Notes under the pieces: generated by a model
Databases searched by the model: none
What the model was told of the DNA's origin: nothing
What the model saw: the letters and a program-made list of their open reading frames with translations, nothing else
Position numbers and translations under genes: made by a program
Origin: an uncultured bacterium
GTDB taxonomy: Bacteria > Eisenbacteria > RBG-16-71-46 > JABDJR01 > JAWXBZ01
DNA length: 64,000 nucleotides
Assembly: GCA_964596775.1 (NCBI GenBank)
Contig: CAZQVN010000007.1
Span: 27,275-91,274 of the forward strand
Direction: 5' to 3'
Shown here: piece by piece, positions 58,981 to 64,000 of the stretch
Layout: the number at the start of each line of letters is the position of its first letter
Position numbering within the stretch: position 1 is the first letter of the stretch

Positions 58981-59542
58981 GTCCTCTCCTGCGGTAGAAG
59001 GTCAACACCGTGTCACCGTAACGCCGGGTATCCACATCTTCCAGCCCCTCCCGGACCCCGGGAAGGACTTCGCGGCGGCTGTGCTCGATGACGCACAGCC
59101 CGGCGCGCTTCAGCAGCGGATCGCGGTCGAGCTGTTGCACCAGCCGCGCGGCCAGGCCGGCTTCGTACGGCGGGTCGGCGAGAACCAGGTCGAAGAGGCC
59201 CACCTTGTGCAGACTCCGCAGGCAGCGGAACACGTCGTCACCGAGAACCGCGGCGTTGGCCGCTTCGAGAAGCGCCAGGTTGCCGTCGAGGATCTTCAGG
59301 ATCGCCGGCGCCTTCTCCACGAAAACGACTTCGGACGCACCCCTCGACAACGCCTCTATGCCCAGCGCCCCGGTGCCGGCAAACAGATCCAGAACCCGGG
59401 CCCCGGGCAGAATAGGCGATAGCCGATCGAAAAGCGACGTGCGGACCCGGTCCGCCGTGGGGCGAAGTCCGGGCATGACGCTCTTTCCGGTCCGGATGCG
59501 CCGCCCCCTCCAGAGGCCGGATATGACGCGGATCTCGCCCAA
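58949..59542 (-). CDS. rsmD: 16S rRNA m2G966 methyltransferase
   Basis: RPTADRVR, LDLFAGTGALGIEALSRGA, DPPY, YGDT. Confidence 0.96.
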   Translation of the reverse strand: MGEIRVISGLWRGRRIRTGKSVMPGLRPTADRVRTSLFDRLSPILPGARVLDLFAGTGALGIEALSRGASEVVFVEKAPAILKILDGNLALLEAANAAVLGDDVFRCLRSLHKVGLFDLVLADPPYEAGLAARLVQQLDRDPLLKRAGLCVIEHSRREVLPGVREGLEDVDTRRYGDTVLTFYRRRGHENGAVPGDV

Positions 59543-59587
59543 GAATCTCCTCGAAACTCCAGTTACAAGCCGTTGTTCAGCTTAATT

Positions 59588-60166
59588 TTAGCAGCCCAGC
59601 CGCTCGGCGATCAACTCCGCCAGTTCCCCGGGGGTCTTTCCACCGGTCCGGATCCCCTGCCCCACCTCCGCGTAGAGCGGACGGCGTATCCGGGCCAGAT
59701 CCACGAGACGGTTCTTCGGCTCCCGGACTCCCGGCCGTGCGCCCTCGATCGGCAGCGAAAGGACCGGCCGTCCGCGACCGGTTCCGATCCTCCGCCACGC
59801 CTCGGCCGCGCCGACCATCAGCCAGAACACGCGGAACTGCTTCCGGAGCAGGCGACGGCTGCTGGCCCGGACCACGACGCCGCCTCCGGTGGACACGACG
59901 ATATTCTTCTCCGCGGCGAGTTTCTGGAGCAGCGCCCCCTCGCGGCGGCGGAAACCGAGTTCCCCTTCGAGTTCGAACAGTTCGGGGATGCTCTTTCCGG
60001 CTTCCAGCGCGATGCGCGCATCCATGTCGACGAACGTGTACCCGAGACGGCGGGCGAGCAGGGCGCCCACGGTCGTCTTGCCCGAGCCCATAAGGCCCAC
60101 CAGTGCGATCCGCGTGGAAGGCGTTTCCTCGACTCCGTCCCGGTCCGTTACCGTGGGGCGTTTCAG
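59588..60166 (-). CDS. aroK: Shikimate kinase (start uncertain, possibly CTG at 60166)
   Basis: IALVGLMGSGKTT, D.D, GE..FRRRE, STGGG, R.PLY. Confidence 0.92.
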   Translation of the reverse strand: MKRPTVTDRDGVEETPSTRIALVGLMGSGKTTVGALLARRLGYTFVDMDARIALEAGKSIPELFELEGELGFRRREGALLQKLAAEKNIVVSTGGGVVVRASSRRLLRKQFRVFWLMVGAAEAWRRIGTGRGRPVLSLPIEGARPGVREPKNRLVDLARIRRPLYAEVGQGIRTGGKTPGELAELIAERLGC

Positions 60167-60175
60167 GGGTTCCCC

Positions 60176-61336
60176 CTAGCGTTTCCGAAGGGCCTTGAGA
60201 AAGGCCTTCACGTTCGCCGCGGTTTCCTCCATCGAGTCGCCGCCGAACTTTTCCGACCACGCCTCGGCGAGCGCGAGCGCGGTGACCGCCTCGCCCACCA
60301 CGCCGGCGGCCGGGAGCGCGCAGACATCGGAGCGCTCCACGGCCGAACGCTCCCGTTTCCGCGTGCGGATGTCGACGGACGGAATCCCCTTCATCGTGGT
60401 GGAGATCGGTTTCATGGCGGCGCGGAGCACGAGCGGTTCGCCGTTGGTGACGCCCCCCTCGAGACCGCCGGCATGGTTCGTGGGGCGGCCGTAGCGGATC
60501 TTCCTTCCGCGGGCCGGTTCGATCGGGTCGTGCACCTCGGTGCCGAAAAGCCGCGTCTGCGCGAACCCCATGCCGATCTCCATTCCCTTGATGGCCGGGA
60601 TCGACACGAGGGCCCGGGCCAGGCGCGCGTCGAGCCGGCGATCCCACTGGATGTAGGAGCCGAGCCCGGGCACGAGCCCTTCCACCGTGACCTCGAAAAC
60701 GCCGCCGAGCGTGTCGCCGCGGGCCTTCGCCGCCTCGATCCGGGCGATCATCCGTTCCGCCGCACCCTTGTCCGCGCAGCGCACCGGCGACGCCTCGACC
60801 AGCGGCCGCCGCTTCGCGATGGATCCGGTGGTCTCCTTCGCCTCGACGCCGCCGAGCTGGATCACGGAGCTCAGGATGTCCACGCCGAACTCCGCGAGGT
60901 ACTGCCGCGCCACCGCGCCGAGCGCCACGCGCATGGCCGTTTCGCGGGCGCTCGCTCGTTCCAGGGCGTTCCGGAGATCGCTGAATCCGTACTTGAGACC
61001 GCCGGACAGGTCGGCGTGACCCGGCCGCGGGCGATGGACTTCCCTCCCCTTCACGGGGCCGGTCGGGTCCATCACCCCTTTCCAGTTCTTCCAGTCGCGG
61101 TTCTCGATGAGGATCGTGAGGGGGCTCCCGAGCGTGACCCCGCCGCGGAGGCCGGTGACGACGCTGGCCGTGTCCGTTTCGATCTTCATCCGCGCGCCGC
61201 GGCCGTAGCCCCCCTGGCGGCGCTTCAGGTCGGCGTTGACGGCATCGATGTCCAGGCGGAGACCGGCGGGAATCCCCTCGATCATGCCGACGAGCATCGG
61301 GCCGTGGCTTTCCCCGGCGGTCAGGTAGCGGATCAT
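60176..61336 (-). CDS. aroC: Chorismate synthase
   Basis: TAGESHG, RPGHAD, ERASARETA, NHAGGLEGG, MKPIST, RSDVC. Confidence 0.97.
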   Translation of the reverse strand: MIRYLTAGESHGPMLVGMIEGIPAGLRLDIDAVNADLKRRQGGYGRGARMKIETDTASVVTGLRGGVTLGSPLTILIENRDWKNWKGVMDPTGPVKGREVHRPRPGHADLSGGLKYGFSDLRNALERASARETAMRVALGAVARQYLAEFGVDILSSVIQLGGVEAKETTGSIAKRRPLVEASPVRCADKGAAERMIARIEAAKARGDTLGGVFEVTVEGLVPGLGSYIQWDRRLDARLARALVSIPAIKGMEIGMGFAQTRLFGTEVHDPIEPARGRKIRYGRPTNHAGGLEGGVTNGEPLVLRAAMKPISTTMKGIPSVDIRTRKRERSAVERSDVCALPAAGVVGEAVTALALAEAWSEKFGGDSMEETAANVKAFLKALRKR

Positions 61337-61342
61337 CGCGGC

Positions 61343-61351
61343 ACTATATCA
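61343..61351 (-). promoter_or_regulatory. Extended -10 element 6 nt before the aroC ATG (probable leaderless start)
   Basis: TG-A-TATAGT-gccgcg-ATG; no SD. Confidence 0.6.
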
Positions 61352-61395
61352 CGGCGCGGCGCGATGCCCGCGCTGGCCCACGGGGAACGCATCGC

Positions 61396-62346
61396 CTACC
61401 TGGGGTACGGCAGGCCGAGGCCGGCGGGAGGTCGCGGCTTCCGCCCCAGGCCGACCAGCGCGGCGAGCGTGAGCACGTACGGAAACATCTGCACGAACTG
61501 GACCGGGAGACGGCCGAGGCCCGGCACGTCCACCCCCTGCAGCGCGATCGACAGCGCGTCGCCGAAGCCGAACAGGCACGCGGCGGCCAGGACCGGCAGC
61601 GGCTTCCAGCCGGCGAGGATCAGCGCGGCGAGCGCGATGAAGCCGCGCCCCGCCGACATGTTCCGCGCGAAACCCGACGCGTGACCGACGGAAAGGAACA
61701 CGCCGCCCGCACCGGCCAGCGCGGAACCGAGGACCACGGCGGTCACACGCAGACGGAGTACGGCGATGCCCGCGGCCTCCGCCGCTTCCGGAGCCTCGCC
61801 CGCGGAACGGAGCCTGAGGCCGAAGCGGGTGCGGGTGAAGACGAAGTGCGCCGCCGGCGCGGCAAGGACGGCCATGTACACGAGCGGAATCTGGTCGAAG
61901 ACCAGCGAACCCACGAGCGGCACGGCCGAGAGTCCGGGAATCGTCCACTCGTGGAACCGCGCGCTCATCGGAAGAGCCGGCGTGGATCCGGTGACGCCGA
62001 ACAGCACCTTGGCGATCACGGCCGTGGCGCCGAGCGCCAGGAGATTGACCGCAGTGCCGGACACGATCTGGTCGGCGCGCCCGTACACGCAGGCCACCGC
62101 GTGGATCAGTCCGAAGGCGGCACCCGCCGTCATGCCGGCCGCGAGGCCGAGCCACGGGCTTCCGGTGTAGTGCGCGCCGACGGCCCCGGCGAACGCGCCG
62201 ATCAGGAGGATCCCCTCCAGCGCGATGTTCACGACCCCGGCGCGCTCGGAGAAGAATCCGCCGAGGGCGGCGAAGATCAACGGCGTGGACAGGCGGATGG
62301 CCGAGGCGAGGAGGCCGGTGACAAAAAGCGTGGCTTCGGGGGTCAT
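61396..62346 (-). CDS. ABC transporter permease (CUT2 nucleoside type)
   Basis: SERAGVVNIALEG, GEAPEAAEAAGI, GRGFIALAA, PYVLT. Confidence 0.92.
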   Translation of the reverse strand: MTPEATLFVTGLLASAIRLSTPLIFAALGGFFSERAGVVNIALEGILLIGAFAGAVGAHYTGSPWLGLAAGMTAGAAFGLIHAVACVYGRADQIVSGTAVNLLALGATAVIAKVLFGVTGSTPALPMSARFHEWTIPGLSAVPLVGSLVFDQIPLVYMAVLAAPAAHFVFTRTRFGLRLRSAGEAPEAAEAAGIAVLRLRVTAVVLGSALAGAGGVFLSVGHASGFARNMSAGRGFIALAALILAGWKPLPVLAAACLFGFGDALSIALQGVDVPGLGRLPVQFVQMFPYVLTLAALVGLGRKPRPPAGLGLPYPR

Positions 62347-63458
62347 GGGGTGGGGTTTCCGGGACCGGGGCCGGGGCCGGGTTCGATGGTCGATGCCCCC
62401 CTCCCCGCACCCTGCGCGGGCATCGCTCCGCGATGCCCTTGCCACAGGCGCCTCACTCCCGGTTCGATGGCCACCGCGAGGATGATCACCGCCTGCATCA
62501 CCAGGGCGAGATCCCGCGACACGCGGTCGGTGTCCAGGTCGAGGTCGCTCGCTCCCTTGTGCAGCGCACCGAAGAAGAACGCGGCCGCCGCCACGCCCCA
62601 CGGGTTGCCCCGGCCGAGCAGCGCCACCGCGATGCCGGTGTAGCCGAAGCCGGGCGAAAAGCCGTCCTTCAGCCGGAACGCCTGCCCCATCACCTCGTTG
62701 ACGCCGACCAGTCCGGCCAGGGCACCGCCGAGCGCCATCGTGATCATCCAGATGCGCGCCTCGCCGATCCCCTGCGTGCGCGCGGCGTGGCGGTTCCCCC
62801 CGACGGCGCGGATCTCGAAGCCGAGCGGCGTGGATCGAAGCAGGAACGCGATCCCGGCGGCGAGCAGGACCGCCAGGAACAGCGTGACGTTGGCCGGGGT
62901 GCCGGCCAGGAACCGCCAGGCAAGCCGGTACCCCTCGCCGATCGCCGCCGTTTCCGGAACCTGGCTCGACGGATTCCGCAGCGGATTCAGGATCAGCCAG
63001 TTCACGAGCGACAGCGCGATGATGTTCATGAGGATCGTGACGATGACTTCGTGAGCGCCGCGCCGCGCCTTGAACCAGCCGGGGAGGAACCCCCAGACGG
63101 CACCGGCCGCCGCGGCCGCGGCCACCGCCAGCGGAACGCCGACGACGGCCGGAAGCGACGGGAGCAGGACACCGACCGCGGCGGCGCTGACCGCTCCCAT
63201 GTAGAGCTGCCCCTCGGCGCCGATGTTGAACAGGCCGGCCCGAAACGGCACGGCCACGGCCAGGCCGGTGAGCAGAAGCGGTGTCGTGTAGTAGAGCGTG
63301 TAGCCGAGGCCGAACTGCGAACCGAACGCCGAGCGCCAGAGAATGGCGAGTACGTTGAGCGGGGATTCCCCGGCGATCGCGGCCAGCGCGGCGGCCGCGA
63401 TCAGGCCGGCCAGCGCCGCGGCGACCGGGAACAGCAGAGCCGCAGCCGCTCTCCTCAT
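62343..63458 (-). CDS. ABC transporter permease (CUT2 nucleoside type)
   Basis: GLFNIGAEGQ, AHEVIVTILMN, GFGYTGIAVALLG. Confidence 0.92.
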   Translation of the reverse strand: MRRAAAALLFPVAAALAGLIAAAALAAIAGESPLNVLAILWRSAFGSQFGLGYTLYYTTPLLLTGLAVAVPFRAGLFNIGAEGQLYMGAVSAAAVGVLLPSLPAVVGVPLAVAAAAAAGAVWGFLPGWFKARRGAHEVIVTILMNIIALSLVNWLILNPLRNPSSQVPETAAIGEGYRLAWRFLAGTPANVTLFLAVLLAAGIAFLLRSTPLGFEIRAVGGNRHAARTQGIGEARIWMITMALGGALAGLVGVNEVMGQAFRLKDGFSPGFGYTGIAVALLGRGNPWGVAAAAFFFGALHKGASDLDLDTDRVSRDLALVMQAVIILAVAIEPGVRRLWQGHRGAMPAQGAGRGASTIEPGPGPGPGNPTP

Positions 63459-64000
63459 CGGGCCGCGCCTCCGGTCATCAGCAGGCCTAGTTCGGCGTCC
63501 GTGGCCGCCCGCGGATCCAGCTCCCCCGCGATGCGGCCACCGAACAGCACGAGCAGCCGCGTGCCGACGGCCCGGGCCTCGTCGAGATCCTGGGTGATCC
63601 AGAGGATCGCGGCGCCGGAACGCGCCCGCTCGATCAGCGCACTTCGGACGGCCCGGGCGGCGTGGAAGTCCAGCCCCCGGGTCGGGTGCGCGGCCACGAT
63701 CAGTCCGGGGGAATCGGCCATGGCCCGGGCGGCCACGACCTTCTGCTGGTTGCCTCCGGACAACGATCCCGCCGGATGCTGCGCATCCGGCGGGCGCACG
63801 TCATGCGCCGCGATCAGCCGCTCCGCGTGCGCCGCGATCGCCGCGGCGTCGAGGGCCGCGCCCTTCCGAAACCGCGGCTCCTTCTGGCGGCCGAGGATCA
63901 GGTTTTCGGCGACGCTCATCGTGAGCACCAGCCCGTCGCGATGGCGGTCCTCGGGAATCAGCCCGGTCCTCTGCGGATCGGACGGCAGCGGACGGCCGGG
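63455..64000 (-). CDS. ABC transporter ATP-binding protein (partial, 5' end beyond window)
   Basis: PEDRHRDGL, LSGGNQQK, PTRGLD. Confidence 0.92.
   Translation of the reverse strand, partial: PGRPLPSDPQRTGLIPEDRHRDGLVLTMSVAENLILGRQKEPRFRKGAALDAAAIAAHAERLIAAHDVRPPDAQHPAGSLSGGNQQKVVAARAMADSPGLIVAAHPTRGLDFHAARAVRSALIERARSGAAILWITQDLDEARAVGTRLLVLFGGRIAGELDPRAATDAELGLLMTGGAAR

Overview
High-GC bacterial chromosome segment, mostly minus-strand housekeeping operons: mtnA/dtd-maf, recJ-rel, rpsU-mutS2-dnaG-rpoD-tRNAs-rnhA-rnpB, hrcA-grpE-dnaJ-rsmE, a partial nuoB-D-G-I set, glmM-glmS-ridA-selC-lepA-lepB-hemW, aroC-aroK, rsmD-coaD-aspC-obgE-dprA and a nucleoside-type ABC transporter. It has five tRNAs (Val-CAC, Ile2-CAT, Sec-TCA, Thr-CGT, Phe-GAA) and RNase P RNA. 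I saw no CRISPR array, IS element, integrase or phage gene. Secreted-protein genes are interspersed and carry two kinds of C-terminal tail. Four have FlgD-Ig/T9SS-type-A-like C-terminal domains. Two otherwise unrelated proteins end in a near-identical short TWSxIKSLY tail, and one of these sits beside a paralog carrying the FlgD-Ig domain instead, which suggests an uncharacterised C-terminal sorting signal. Other notable items: a POTRA-less Omp85 (gluzincin + PD40 propeller + barrel) in a four-gene envelope operon, a copper radical oxidase with a second Kelch propeller nested inside it, a Dtd-Maf fusion, a histidine pseudokinase, a metallothionein-like insert in an FG-GAP protein, several probable leaderless mRNAs and two candidate CTG starts. 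The gene content suggests a diderm FCB-adjacent lineage such as Ca. Eisenbacteria or Krumholzibacteriota; this is inference only. All calls come from reading motifs by eye, with no database searches.
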